From Eledone cirrhosa (taxonomy: Eukaryota): 64,000 bases of DNA. The stretch is from NCBI GenBank assembly GCA_964016885.1, contig OZ024746.1, forward strand, positions 20,398,001 through 20,462,000, read 5' to 3'. Position numbers and translations under genes: made by a program. The notes beneath the pieces are model-generated. The model did not search any database, was not told the DNA's origin, and saw only the letters and a program-made list of their open reading frames with translations. Positions 1-15,000 of this stretch are shown here, piece after piece (the first letter of the stretch is position 1; each line of letters begins with the position of its first letter).

Positions 1-518
1 GTAGGTGGAAAGAAACTCCTTATTGAAAATTACTTATAACTTTTGGCCTAATGTGACCACTTGGGACATCAGTGACCTCATATTCATGCAGGATGGAGCT
101 CTCTCCTCATTTTGCATGCACTGTCTTGGAGTGGCTTGATGTCCAATTTCCAGGACATTGTCGAGGTCGACATGAATGGCCAGCAAGAAGCCCTGACTTA
201 ACGCCATGTGATTTTTTTTTTTTTTTTTCCTGTGGGGGTGAGCAAAGGAAGAAGTTTATAGCTCAAAACCAAAAGATTGTAACTCAATTGGCGGAACACT
301 TTTGTCATGTACTCATCAACATATCGCCTGAGTTCCTGATGAAGTCAATCGAGGATATACTCAGATGATTGGTGGACAATGCTGGTGCCTATGTAAAAGT
401 TTAACACTGTACTTCTACCATTATACTGTTCAAAATAAAACATGTTTTATGAAAATTGACCAATAAGTAATAAAGTTATTAGCAATTTTAAATAGGGAGT
501 TTCTTTCCACCCACCTTG
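1..518 (+). mobile_element. Internally deleted Tc1/mariner-superfamily DNA transposon remnant
   Basis: ORF 72..368 carries WPARSPDLTPCDFF, the transposase motif around the third catalytic residue. Sequence 1-43 (gtaggtggaaagaaactccttattgaaaatt...) is the reverse complement of ~470-518 (...aattttaaatagggagtttctttccacccaccttg), which is followed by TA. Confidence 0.8.
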
Positions 519-766
519 TATATATGTGATGTTTTTTGCTCTTTGTCTTCTGGAAATAATTATTGCCAGTTCATTGGAAATGGTTGCTTTGGCTGTCAAT
601 CAATGCAGGTTCAAACTCAATACATACTCTTCTACAAATTAAAGTTTTAGGTAACTTTCTAAACACATATTCTCCCTTTCCTTTTCATATATCATTGTAG
701 AAGCAAACTTTCATATATTAATTATTTGAAGAGTTTGTTTAAATCTAGTTCTCCATTTCTCTGCAG

Positions 767-3017
767 TGTCAAGTTGTATTGCAAGGAAAATCACGCAACC
801 TGATAATTCGTGAACTACAGAGAACTGTAAGTATTGGCGAACTTTTCTTCCCCAGTTGCCTAAACAACTAATAAAACTTTATGTATATATATATATTTAT
901 ACATAAGAACACGTGTTAAAAAAAAAAAACAACAAAAAACATGGATAATGAGAAAAATATTGAGTTTGAACTCACATCTCTTACACTTTATGCATACACA
1001 CTCATGCACATATAACTAGATAATAATGAATTTATTGAACTTAAAGTATTAAAAAAAAATGAACCTCAATTTCATCAAGCTGTTAAAAATTTTCTCTTAG
1101 TTTATATAACAAAGGAAGAACTATTAAGCTTGCAAATAATTACTATCTAAATGTTTATTAAATGTTAGATGAACAATTCTAGCCACATGTGCACAAATCT
1201 CAGTTTTTAAATCAGATTTAGAAATCACCTTGGATTGATATTGGTGAAATAATTTGGATGTCAAATAGTATTTAAAAAAAAAATTATTCCTGTTTAATTA
1301 AGTATCCTCTCATTGCACATACATATAATACACGTAAATTTAATCTTTAATGAATCTTAGCTCATTAATAAACCTACACTTTGATATAAAATTTCTTTCA
1401 AATTTGCATTGTGATTTTTGATTGCCATATCATTTCTGTGGAAAGTAGTTTACCTTGGCCATTTTCTAAACAAATAGATGTTATTATTATTATTTCGGTT
1501 GGCCTTGTGCCTAAATCAGAAACCATTATTATTATTTCGATTCTATACCTGATGCTCAAGTTCATGCAATGTTTCTATTTTGATTTAATAATTTTAGTAA
1601 ATAACTTAATTTCAATTTATATTACAATTGAATTGATATTAGTAAACCATTAATTTTATAGAAATTATATATTCAAATAATAAAGTTAATACGAAACATT
1701 GTGAGATATGTAATAAACGACTGATAAGTTTCAGAAAGCTGGTTCAATGTGGTAGTTTTGTTTTAAGCCATTTTCGTTTTTACATTTGAAAAGAGGGTTA
1801 TAGCCCTGAAATATTATGTTGAAATATATTGGGTAAAACATTACTTTTTGTTTTATATGTCATCCTTTGCCCTTTATATATTTCTACCACATTGTACTGG
1901 CTTTCTGAAACTTATCAGTCATTTATTACATATCTCACAATGCTTCATATTAACTATACTACTTATATTTAATGTAAAGTGGTTGGTGTTAAGAAGGGCA
2001 TCCAACCATAGGAAGCTTGCCAAACAAGGGGTTAGGAGGATCTTTCAGTTTGTGTCAAGAGAAACAACTTCTTATCTGCACTCAATGTCCGTACGTAAGT
2101 GGATACAGACTCCTGTCTGGGAGGTCTGTAGCTCTTCAATACTGACTTGGTCTATGTAGACCCATCCAACCTTTGCTATTAGGGAACGTGGACATTAAAT
2201 TATGATGATGTATACATATATATACATTTTACACTGTCCCTTCTCTGCCTTTCAAAATTTTAAGAAGTTAAATAAAGGATAATATTAATGATACTTGAAT
2301 GCTTAATGTATGGAAGTATTGACTGGTTCATGTACTTATCAGTTCAAGATTTCCATAGGTTAGCGTTTCTTTGTTTTTAAGCTAGACAAGTTTTAGCTTT
2401 AGTCTAATTAGTTGTAGAATCTACACAATCTACATTTCATAAATCATTTGAGTTAAGGCACAGAGCCATAAAGAACAAAGCACAATGAAAAACAAAAACA
2501 ACACAAAAACAAATACAACATTTATATATATGTATGTGTAGCAGATCTCTCAGGCTCTTACAAAGCTCTCAGAAGATAAAGTTAATATAAAGGATCATGT
2601 GCAGAGATTCTATAAAATAGCTTATAAAATAAGGTGAAGAAGACCTTTGAATAAGTTGGAAAAAGAAATTGCCATCGTCTGCTAATTTTGTAAGCTATTT
2701 TATAGCTTCTTTGCGCATGAGCACATCATCCTTTATATTAAATACAACATTGTTTTAAATATTCAGTTGGTAAACTCATCTGCTCCATAATAACATGACA
2801 GGAAGTTGTCATCTTGGTTGGAGAGAATTGTCACCTTATATTAATGTCTGTCAATAATTCCAGACGTATAAATGAAATTATTAATCTAACTAACGTTATA
2901 ATTTTTGTATATTTAATGAACAGAATTTGGATGTTAATCTAGCTGTGAATAATTTGTTGAGTAGGGATGACGAAGGAGAAGAGAATGAGGAAGATAGCCA
3001 GGATTCTTACATGCCAG
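767..3017 (+). CDS. UBR5: UBR5 UBA domain exons (767-826, 2924-3017)
   Basis: [20 protein letters not shown]|[31 protein letters not shown], matching the EDD-type UBA domain; canonical cag/gtaagt and cag/gtaaat boundaries. Confidence 0.95.
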
Positions 3018-6000
3018 GTAAATGTACAGCCTCTTGCTAATGTTTATTATTATTGTTGTTATTAAATAATAATTAAAAACAATTTTTTTGCATTTATTGT
3101 TGCTTAATATAAATTAGTAGGATTTTCAGATTTGGACATTTGCATATTGTTGCAACATTTGCTTTTACAGCTGAATGCACTGATTACCACTAACCACTTG
3201 TGTCATGTAGGAGCAATAGAATGTGTTTTATCAGCTTTATTATTCAGGAGTACAATACAATGATTGTAATGCAATTGTGAAGTTTCAACTCCAAGCTCTG
3301 TTGTCTTAAACTCCTATTACTTGTAATATGCAAATTGTGTGGGTTTTTGTTTTACTGCAAAATTAACGAAAGCCTAGTAATGTTTCAAACTGAGATATGA
3401 AAACACCTGGCCTATCTCACAACAGGACAACTTGTCTAACCCATGCTAGCATGGAAAAATGGATGTTAAATGGTGATGATGATGATGGCTGAAGTATACA
3501 TTCAAGAACAATATCTAATAATTTTCAAAATTCTTGTCATGTTATTGAAATATTGTTTTATGCATCTTGACTATTATTTTAACATACAAATATCAGAGTC
3601 TAGAGGTAACTAGTAGTAGCTTAGTTAGTAGTTTGGTTTTCATTGTCAGTTTATACTGAAATGATATTGAAGAATAGTGAAGTCAATGATTTGGTTATAA
3701 TGAAGTAAGTTTTTATACCTGAATGATATTGGCCATGCTGTTAGATAAATTGAATTCTAATTCTGTTCATGAGTAAAGGAAATTGAATATGTTGATTGAA
3801 AAGTGTTTATGCTTTTATTGGTAGTTGTCAGTTATTATAAAGAAACATTATAGACCGTGAAATAGTATTGTACAATGTTATCACTACTCACCTCCAGAAA
3901 CAGAGCTACATAATCTTATAGGCATATGCTGAAAGTGCATAGCTGTTGGACAGTTATTTTTATGTATGTAAGATGTCATTCAATATGACAAAAACAAAAT
4001 CCTATTCCCTATTGTGAGCTGCATGTTAAGTTTTAACTGAGTAGACAGACATAGGCTAAGAAAGATATACAAAGTAGTTAGGTTTGCCTAGAGGGAATCG
4101 GGGGGGCTAACACAAAGTCCATGATAACTGAGTAAAATACGAAGGAAAATAGGATGCTGCTGCTCCCAGTGAAATGCCTACGCTCAGTATGCAGAAAAGG
4201 AGTAAGTCGAAACTCCATACAGGGCACCCTGTGTATGCAATGGATGTGCAAGAGCTGTAGTGGAATCATATGTAGGCTGATAGATAAGGTGGGCTTCATG
4301 TGTGCTAGATGCATAGTTGTCAGCAGTAACAGTACACATGAAATAAACTCCTTCAAATGTTCACTGGAAGTAGTTTTTAACCTTTGTTATCTAAGTGACA
4401 TTAGCAGGGAGGGGGGGGGGGTACTGAAGGTGTAGTAGCCAGAGTGAGAACCAGGTGGAAAAAGTTCAGGAAGCTGCCACTTCTATTGGCAACTAAGGAC
4501 TTCTCTCTTAGATTGAAGGGTAGATTGTATGATACTTGTGTCCAAATAAAGTATGCTGCATGGTAGCGAGATGTGAGCCTTGAATGCAAATTATTTGTTA
4601 TGACTGGAAAGAAATAAAGCATACATGCTCTGCTGGTGGTAAAATGTTAGTGTGCATGAACAACGGAGAGCAAGTAAACTGGGAGAAACACTGAATATAT
4701 ATGCTAGAGAGGACCATACTGGTTTTTACATGTGATGTGTATGGAAAATGACAGTTGTATAAAAATATGCTGAGTGCTTGAAGTGAATGGAACCTGTGAA
4801 AAATGAAGACCCTTCCTCCTTACTTTGAAATTAGAACTGACCCCCTCCCCACTTATCATCACCCATATCTGATGATATCCATCATTTGTGTCCTTATTTA
4901 ATCCCAACACTATCACTTGCATGAAACTAAGCTCACATTTATCACTCTCCTTACCATGACATATGCTCATTGGTATCCTGTTACATTTTCCTGTTACATT
5001 TTCATGCTGCTTCCCTATTTCACTTCTCTTCTAACCTGTCTACCTACCACTCTTCCTCGCTCTCCTCCTAGCCCATCACTCCATTTCCCCCTTTACATTT
5101 AAATTTTACTCTCTTCATTTTCAATTCTTAGTCATTTTTCCCTTTCAATAGTATATTCTCTAAAGTGGTTGATAATTGAATGGAGTCAATGTAAGCTATA
5201 GAAGACTCTTTAGTCCCATAAAGCTAACTTCTCTAGTGCTCATGCCACAATAAGATACATTGAGTACTCTTTGTGAAGTGGTTGGTGTTATGAAGGGCAT
5301 CCAGTTGTAGAAACCATATCAAAATTTGGAACATATATGATGTGATCCTCGATCCATCTAGGAGGGTAAAATTCTGAATAAGAACTGACTTGTTCCATCC
5401 ACGGCAGCTGTAAGATGATTATTATTATGATGATGATGAAGGGGCATTTCTAAAGCCCACTTGCATATTACAGACCACTGAATCTGTCACAGGGTTTATT
5501 ACGATCACCCGAACTTTGGGTACCTCTAACAGAGTCCACTCCATAGCAAGCATTCAGGCCAGGTCTATGTTTAGAGGATATCTTCTTTCCAGTCTTAGAG
5601 GCTCTGAAAATAGTCATGGGTATTGCCCTTCCCTCGGTGATTGAACAGAAAAAAAATATCCATTATTAAGTGTGATTTAATGTTTCCAAATAATACTAGG
5701 TAAATAAAATGAAATGGCTATTTCATTAAAAAATATTACAATACAATTGAACTTGTGGTCTAACATTTTAACTATTAATTTACCATGTTTTACTACCATT
5801 AACTGAAATTATAGTTCAGACCCTGCATAATCGATATGAGTAAATTTCAGCAATGTTAAACTTAAATATATTCTCATTATGACACCTGTGGTATGGTATG
5901 TGTGGTGCCGTAACTCCTGATGGAGTCGCAGTGGGCATTTAAGCCTGGTGGCGCCCAGCAGGACTGAACACAGGAGATTTCTTCCAGAGAAGAATAGAAA

Positions 6001-9000
6001 GTGAGAGAGAGGAAGTGAGAAAGATATAGTACTAGACTGGTACATTTTTTTTATCGCCCTGAAAATGGCACCTATATGTATACATCATATTTATGGGTTT
6101 CATCATTTTTATGATTGCTTTTCTATGCTGGCATGGGTTAAACATGATGTTTTTAGTGCCTTATCTAGGGCTGGGCACCATCGAACCACTAAGCTGCAGG
6201 ACATAAACAAATGTCACTGCTTGCTTACAGTGTCAATGAAGAAGCATGTGGGTGCACACACACATGTACATGACAGGCTTCCGTTTTGCTGTGTCCATCA
6301 TCTAGTTTTGCTCACAAGGTTCAGTTGATCCATGACTATATACTAGAATACACTTGCATATTTGTCATCATCATTTTTCATCCGTTTATACATATATTTG
6401 TACATTTTTTGTAAAATCTTTGAAACATGTGCATATCTAAACTCTATTTGACTTATTCTTTATGAAATTTATTTATGCTAGTGGGACCTGTGGAAATTAC
6501 TTATTTTATAAGTTTTCTTATGTCTATTTTGATGCTTAAATCTATAGATCTTAATAATGTTAGGTTCTAATATGTTAGGTTTCAATTGTCATTGATTTAA
6601 CCCCATAGTTAATGTTGTTTAATGTGCAACACTTGAACATACAAATGACTTGATGATGAGAATAATATTGTAGATGATAGTTTAAAATAGATCCTTTTCT
6701 TTCCAATATTTGCAGAATTCCATCAATTAACGTGTTTATACTAAATATACTGAAATATGTATTGATATCAACAAAAGGGGACGATAACCTAATGAAGAAA
6801 TATCCATATTATTATACATTTACTCTGTACTTAATATATCAATTACAACCTCTAAACCAATCTCCCACTCAAACACTCATTTAAAAAAATATGTGTCTTA
6901 GTAATAAATTTAAATCAAAATTTTTGGGAAATTGCAGCATTAAAATGTAAATAAGATATTTCTGTAACTATTTTTAATACAAAATTTTACAGTAGTAAAC
7001 TTATAAATCTAAAAATAAACACTACAAAATTTACAATTTTTTGTAACTTAATATTTTGATATGTGCCTTTTTATAATGAAATCTTCAGCTTTAGTTATAA
7101 ATGTAGCTCTAAATTTTATCTCGGAAAGAAAAATGTAATTGTATTTTCAATTTCTAAAATGAACTGCAAAATAATTGCAAATACATCTTCCAATTCTGTA
7201 AAGTTACAAATCTGAAGCTAAATAGGTGGTTCTGAATATATTTTATAGAATTAATGTGTGTGTCTGAGTACTAATTCAATATTATGTATAAATACTTTAA
7301 ATTTCAGTGCTTATACATAATTTTGATTCATCCTTTGTGTTAATGTTTGTTCGTGTATATGATTCTGTGTGTGTGTGTCTGTGTGTGTATGTGGGTGTGC
7401 ATGCATGCATGAAACTTTACAATGTGTGTTTGTTCAATTTTAATTTTTTTTTTCTCCCTATTTCTAAATATTATTAAATTTCCATTTGTCTGCTTCCAAG
7501 TGCGTTCATCTGTTTCAGATGATCTGATCTCACTACTAGACGCAGGTGCAGATCATCCAAGCGTGGTCATTGATGCTGATGTCATGTTCAATGAAGACAT
7601 GTTTGGCTACTCATCCTTGCGCAGCAGAGGGTCAGGTGCTCGATCCAGGCTTGGTGAGTTTGGTTTGCACTTTTTCCTTAGTTTCTCAAAAGTTTAAGAA
7701 ACTATTGACAGCTTTCTGCAGAATTAATATTTCTAAAGAATACTTTCTATGTATTCTTTTTTTAGGCTTCTTTATTTTTTTAAAGGAGTCCCTTTCCATG
7801 CAATTGCTCTATTACTCTCTCCTGCATCCAGGCCAGCTGCAGTTTTTATCAGACTTGTCAGCATATTTATTAGATAATAATAATTTAATATGCATAAACT
7901 AAGTCCTAAATTTACTTTAAATTAAAAAAAAATTATTAGAGCATTTCATATTTGAACTGAAAGTTTTCATGGCTCAATATTATTTCGCTTTAGGCAATAT
8001 TAAACAGAAATACAATAATGTTTCTCCCTGAGAAAAAACTAAGGTCTTAAACTACTTAAAAATTTTATAATTTGGGGGGCATCTTAAACATTTATCCAAG
8101 AGCTTACAGTTCATAGTTCGGCAGTAATTGCATATCTTATAATGTTAACCTAACCATTAAACAGAAATAAAGTTATGTTATTGTCTTTTAGTAAACTAAT
8201 TATAACCTATTTTTTAAAAATGATTAGCTTCATATAAATATAAAATTTTTAGAAACTCTGCTTGTATAATTTTCAGTAGTAATGTGCTAAATGTATATTT
8301 TAAATTGCTAAGTACTTTTAGTATTTGGGTGTTAATGTATTGTTGTATTTGTTTTGAATAGATCTGATTTATAAAAAAATAATCAGAACAAAGACTGTCT
8401 TATTTTCTTTTTTAATATTTTTTTCAGCTGGTGAAAGGGAACGTGATATTGACAGAGATCGAGATCGGGAGTCTATATTCCGCATTAGAGATCGCCGACG
8501 ACTAATGGAGAGCTCTTTACGAGAAGAAAGTATGAAAGCTCTTGATAGCAAGAACGACTCAGTCATAGGTGAAAACAAGAAAACTGCTACCTGTCCTCCT
8601 CCAAGTCCTTTAGTTTTTGGAGAAGATTTGCAATTTTGGACTGAGAAGGTGAAAAGCAATGACATTTAAATGTTATATATTTTTTATGATTGAGTTACAT
8701 TCCTTATTGATTTGTTTATAAGACAATTATAATGATTGTCACCAAACATTATTGCTTCCATAATTGGTTTTCCATTCTTCTACCCCATAGTGGAGACTAA
8801 TAGGTGGTGTAATCTCAGCTTTCTTTTCTATCTATGCTGATCAGTCCCACCTGGGAGGGGGTCGAATCTATTATTACTCCCCTCCCTCCTTCAGTTCCAC
8901 TACAGTTGTCACCTTCACTAACACTTATCACATAAACTCATTTCTGAGTTTCATGAGTCTGATATGAGTGTTATAGTCTACCTTAGTACTCGACATTCCA

Positions 9001-12000
9001 TCTATCAAAACACTTTTTTTAAGAGGGTGTTGTAGATTACTGGAAGCATTGTTAGTATATGAAGCAGTATGTTATTCAAAGGCTATGTCAACGCAAAATG
9101 GATGGTAGATTTTGGAATAAATTGAAGGCAACAAGGATGTTGGTGTGTCACCTGTTATTTTATTTACCTGTCCTAATATTTTGGGTTTAAAAACCCTTTG
9201 TCAGAAGGTTTTAACGAGAAACTGGATCAGAATTCAAATCCTGCCGAGGTCAATTATGCCTTTCATCCATTCAATGTCGATTTAAAAAAAAAAAAAGTAC
9301 TAATCTAGTACTGGGGTCGTTTCTTCCTCTATATCTCTTTCACACTTCCATTCGCTTGCTTTCTCTCTATCCTTCTTTGGAAGAAATCTGCTGTGTTCAG
9401 ACCTGGAGAGGAGATGCTATTAAATAGATGCTATAAAATAGCTTATAAAATAAAGTGAAGACACTTAAAAAAAAAAAAAGAAGTTGCCATCAGCCACTAG
9501 AAAACCTTTTTTTTTCCATCTTTCCAGTGGCTGATGGCAACTTCTTTTTCTTTTAAGTGTCTTCACTCTATTTTATAGCATCTCTGTGCATGAACACATC
9601 ATGCTTTATATAAACTTTGTCTTCTCAGCATTTTGTATAATCCGATACATACATACATATAATGTTTATTTTTGATAATTTATAATTTATTTTATTATTT
9701 TCAGGATGGCAGTTTCCCCAAATTTTCTCACATTGCTGCAATGCATTCTGAGCTTGTAGCTGTGAGCACAAATGGTTGTCTCTATGGTTGGAAATGGTCT
9801 GATCCTGAGCCTTACCGCAGTTCAGAGGTTAGTTCATCTTTAAGGTCTTTATCATTCCCATCTTTATTATCAACTGCTACTGCCACCACCGTTGTTGTCA
9901 CAGCGGATTGTCTATTTGGGTTAATTTTGGTCAAATTTCTGGCAATGAGTATCTATTTGTGGAATTTGAGAACATTCCAAAGATGGTTTAATTTTTGCTT
10001 TTGAATCATAAATAAATGGCAGTGCCCCAGTATGGCCTCAGCCTGTCAGCTGGAACATGTGAAAGAGTAAATGTAATTTGGAATCTATTTAAACCTTTTG
10101 ATACCAACTCTTAAAACTGCATATGGTGCATATTTAAATTATAATCTTTCAACAATGTTACAAACGCTGTCTTAATAATGAAATAATTAATAATTGGAGT
10201 AAATTCCTTTAAATTCCACATCAGTTAATTTAAATAGTGTATTTCATTAGAAATATTATCATGAATTGGTCAAATAGATTTTTTTGTCAACAGACAATTG
10301 GAAACCACTGAAAACTCTTGAATTATTTTTAATTATTTGGATTGGCAGTATTGGTAGAGCATTGGATGAAATGCTTTATAGCATATAGCTATGGCTCTTT
10401 ATGTTCTGAGTTCAAATACTGCTAAGGTTAGCTTTGCTTTGATACTTACCGGGTAGATAGAATAAAGTACCAGTAATGCACCAGGGTTGGTTTAATTGAC
10501 TTTCCCCTCTCCAAAATTGTTGGTCTTATGCCTAAATCAGAAACAATTATTGAGGCTATCAGCTTATGAATAATTCTGATAAAGTTATTTAGATTATGTG
10601 AATCTAAATCTGTTGATCCAATGTTTTCTTTTATTTTTCTTCCCATTCAGAATACTTCAAACCATCATCCAAAAGCTGCAGCTTTGGGACTAACAGGTGA
10701 AAAGATAGTCGGTCTATCAGCATGTTCAGTGAGAGCCTCAGTATTCTTAGAATCTGGTAAAGTGGCTACATGGGTTGATGACAGCCTAAATATTGTAGCT
10801 GCCAAACTAGAACATCCAGCTCAGACATTCCCTGAATTTCAGACAGACAAAATAGTCTCTCTACATACTTGTTCTTTGTACACATGTGCTCGATTAGAAA
10901 GTGGTGCATTATATTGGTGGTAAGTGATTGCTTTTTTTTTTTTTTCTGAACTGTTTTATTTCTGTTTGTAACGTTTGTATCAAATTGCATGGATTTGTTT
11001 AATTGCACCTTCTGTGCTTCTTGTTTTAGGTTCTTATATCATAAGAAATGAATTGTTTAACATTAGCTTAACACTGTTACAGAGGGCATTGTTTAACTTT
11101 GCAAATCTTTATATCACATTGGAGATGATTTATGAGTTTGTACATAAGGGCAGCCCACTGTAGAAACCATGCCTAAAATTGTTGAGAGGACCTTTCAGTT
11201 GTGTCAAAGGCTCAACAACATCTCTAGTGTTGGTGATCTACATGAGAAATACACCCAGTATATACTGTAAAGTGGTTAGTGATAGGAAGGGCATCCAGTT
11301 GTAGAAAGCTTGCCAAACAAAGGGTTGGGAGGACCTTTCAGTTGTGTCAAAGACATGACAACAGCTCCTATGTAATCGAGGTCAGTAGTCCTGTTTCAGT
11401 ACTGACTGTCTATGTAGACCCATAGTCCCGCTTCAGTACAGACTTAGTCTATGTAGACCTATCCAACCCTTGCTAGTAGGGAAGGCAGGCGTTGGATGAT
11501 GATAATGATGATGTCAACTATTCTTCATATAGCTTACCTTACCCATTACATCAAAATAGGAGAAACATTAAAAATTACATTTCACATATTTTATTTTTGG
11601 TGTATTTTTCCACACATCTCGCATCTTTTATTTGTTGATGACTTGATGTTGTATGGGCCAAATACCAATTATAAACTTCAAGTCTGTTAAAAGGGAATTT
11701 AAATAAATAACATTTGTTGTTTTGGTGCCATGATAAAAAGTACCCAGTCCACACTGATCATCATATGGTTGGTATTAGGAAGGGTATCCAGAAAGCAAGC
11801 CAAAATACAAATCAGTATGATCAAGACATGGTCTCTGGACCTAACTTGTTTCATAACGTGACAATCTGCCTAACCCATGTAAGCGTGAAAAATAGATGTC
11901 AAATGATGGTGATGATGAACATTATTCAAAATTAATTTTGTACAGTTTTCCTTGGTCAAAATGTTTTCTAAATTATGCACAATCATTTTTCAACAGGGGT

Positions 12001-15000
12001 GTCATGCCATTTGGCCAAAGGAAAAAATTGCTTGAGAAGAACAAATCAAAAAAGAAAAAAAATAAAGACAGCAGTGTCAACAATGAAGTTGTAGCTGGGT
12101 CTTTGGTAAGTTTCATTTCTCCAATGCTACTTTAAAATGCTTAGTGATTCTGTTTAAAAAATCACAAATTTCCTAAATTTTGTAAGTCGATTTCAATTCA
12201 CATTCCTTTAAAAAAAATTGTATTTTTTAATACATTAAATTAATGACTGATATAGGCACTCTTCCTCAAATTTTATGGGAAGTACAATCAATTATATTGA
12301 TCTCAGCACTCGATTGGTGCTTTATTTTATTGATCTTGGCAGAATGAAATGTAAAGTTGACCTTAATGTGATTTAAACTCAGAATGCAAGGTGAAACTAT
12401 GTACTCTGTCATTTTGTCTCTGATACTCTACTGATTATGTCAATGTGATGAATATCATCATCATCATCATCAACGTTTAACGTCCGTGTTCCACGCTTGC
12501 ATGGGTTTGGACGGGGGTAGTCCCACTTGAGGCAAGAGTGATTGTCTTGCTCGCATAGGACTGTCTGGCAGGTTTTCTACAGTTGGATGCCCTTCCTAAC
12601 ACCAACCACATTTACAGTGTGGGTCTGGGAGGTTTTTACCGTGTTGCCTACACGGCCACATTACAGCGTGGACTGTGTGTTTTTTTGTCGTGACACCTAC
12701 ACGATCTCATTTGTTTCGGCCTGGATGGCGCGGCACCAACATAACTTTACATAGAACGGGGTGGTGTGGATGGGGTGGGGGTGGCGGCGGGAGGGGTGTA
12801 TTTTGTTAGAGATGCCTACTGGCAAGGCGGGTCTTCTCTGTTACTGAGTACCGCCAAAGGTCACGGTCCAGTGACATTGTCTTGGAGAGGTGTAAGTGTG
12901 TGAGGTCGGAGTTTATCAGCTCATCCCATGTTTTTCTAGGTCTGCCTATTCCGTGGCTACCGTCTATCTTTATTGCCCTGCACTTTGTAATACAGCTATC
13001 GACTTTCATGCGCATCACGTGTCCATACCAACGCAGCCTTCTCTCGAGTAAACAACATCTGATCCCTCTTATCTCTAATTTTTTCCTTAGTTCGTTTATG
13101 CTTTGCCGTTCACGTATATTACTGTTACACATCCAGCGGAGCATGCAAGCTTCGTTCCTCTCTAGTCTGCGTATATCCTCTGCACACAATGCCCAGGTCT
13201 CACTACCATGCAACATTGCTGTTCGTATGCAGGCATCGTACAACCTGCCTTTCATTTTTAGGGAGAACCCTTTAGCAGCTAATAGTGGTATAAGCTCTCT
13301 GAACTTTTTCCAACCAGTTCTGACTCTAGCTACAGTACTTTCAGAGCACCCTCCCCCACTGCTGATTTTATCGCCCAGGTAACGGAAGCTGTCCACTATT
13401 TCTATAAAACCCTCTGCGCAATTGAAAGAGCTAGTATTTTGTGGGCACTTGCTGCTACTTATTGCACCAGAACACCGGCCACATGTAAAGTCTATGTTAA
13501 AGTCAATATTTCTTCACTATATTACCTGACTCAATACAAATGAAATATCTTAATGGTAAACCAGATCATTTTAAAGATATGAGAACACCTAATTACATAA
13601 ATTAATTTAATCTTTAACCTTCACTCCCATATCTGCTACATATTTTATTCCTAACTTATTCTACCATGTTCATTTGTCCAGAAAGCCAATTTACTGGGCT
13701 TGTCGGACATACTGTTTTATACGACCTTGCCAGCTCTGTTAGGTCCTGACATTTGCTACATTTTACTGTTTTAAAAAAAAAAAAATAACTATGCATTTTA
13801 TTCAGTACATAGTTTAAGGTTTAAATTCCTAAAATTAGACCAACTTATCCCATTACTAACACAATGGTTTTTATTTTTCCAAGATAAGTTGCACATATGT
13901 CTATGTTGTAATACTTTGGTTAGCACTTTTGATATATTCTTAAAAATGAAACAACACTATACAATGTTATAGCATGTAGACCCCCCACTTCCCCCGGTCT
14001 CCAGGAAGAAAGAGGGCTATAGAGAACCAGCGCTTAAACAGGGTCGTGCTAAATGGGGATATTACTGTAATTGTTTGTTTTTTTTTGTTCTCTAAAATAT
14101 ACACTTGTGCTTGAAAAGTTTATCATGATTTAAAATTTTTAAAATTTATTTTTACAGGTTTGTTTGCGTAGCAGCCCAATGTATCATTCAGGGGCCTTGG
14201 GATTTACCACTGTTGATGGTGTTCCGAAAGTTGGTCAGCTGATGGAGTCAGCTTGGTCGTTAAATGATACCTGCCGTTTCAAGATAATCAGGGTGTCGGT
14301 TAGTGATGTGAAGGTGGAAGCAAAAGTTGAAAACAAAAGCTCTGACTGTAAGCCAGATATGCCTCCACCTCCATCACCAGCTTCATCTACATGTAGTGAC
14401 CACAGTGGAACATCCATTGTCAGTCCTGTATCTCTCAGTAAGTTTAGGATTATTTTTAATCTTTTACATATTCCAGTTGATTTAAAATTTATTTTTTTGT
14501 GAACTCATCTTTATTACAAAAGAAAGAAAATATATCATCATTAATTTGCGAAGTAATGTAAATCCAATATTTAAAAAATTAACCTACAGAGCGTAAGAAA
14601 ACTCCTACACCACTCAAAGAGATGGAAAAAAAAGATGAAGAAAACTGGCCTTTGAAGACTGTAATATTTGTTGAAGATATTAAAACAGTCCCTATAGGAA
14701 AAGTGCTCAAAGTAAGTTCTGGAATTTATTTTAAAAAAAATATTTCCCAAAGTTTAAAAATTTTAATTGACACCAATAACTGATACTAAAACCGTTTCTC
14801 CTAAATTATGTTTAAATTAATTTTAATTTAATAACTTTTTATGTTTAATCATGTTCTTTTGGTTGAAGTGTCCCGAGGGCTATAATTGTTGGTCAAATAT
14901 ACTCTTGGTATGTCATACTAAGTAGCTAGTAAGCATTGCAATGCTAAAATGTGCCAAAAAGAACTCGAAAGAGCTCATTCACCAAATGCAATAAAATAAA

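Noticed and set aside
3650-3775. Possible intronic C/D snoRNA (TGA-rich stretch)
   Set aside because: No proper RTGATGA...CTGA pair with terminal stem and no recognisable rRNA antisense element.
12882-13382. 166-aa plus-strand ORF
   Set aside because: Antisense shadow of the LINE RT frame.
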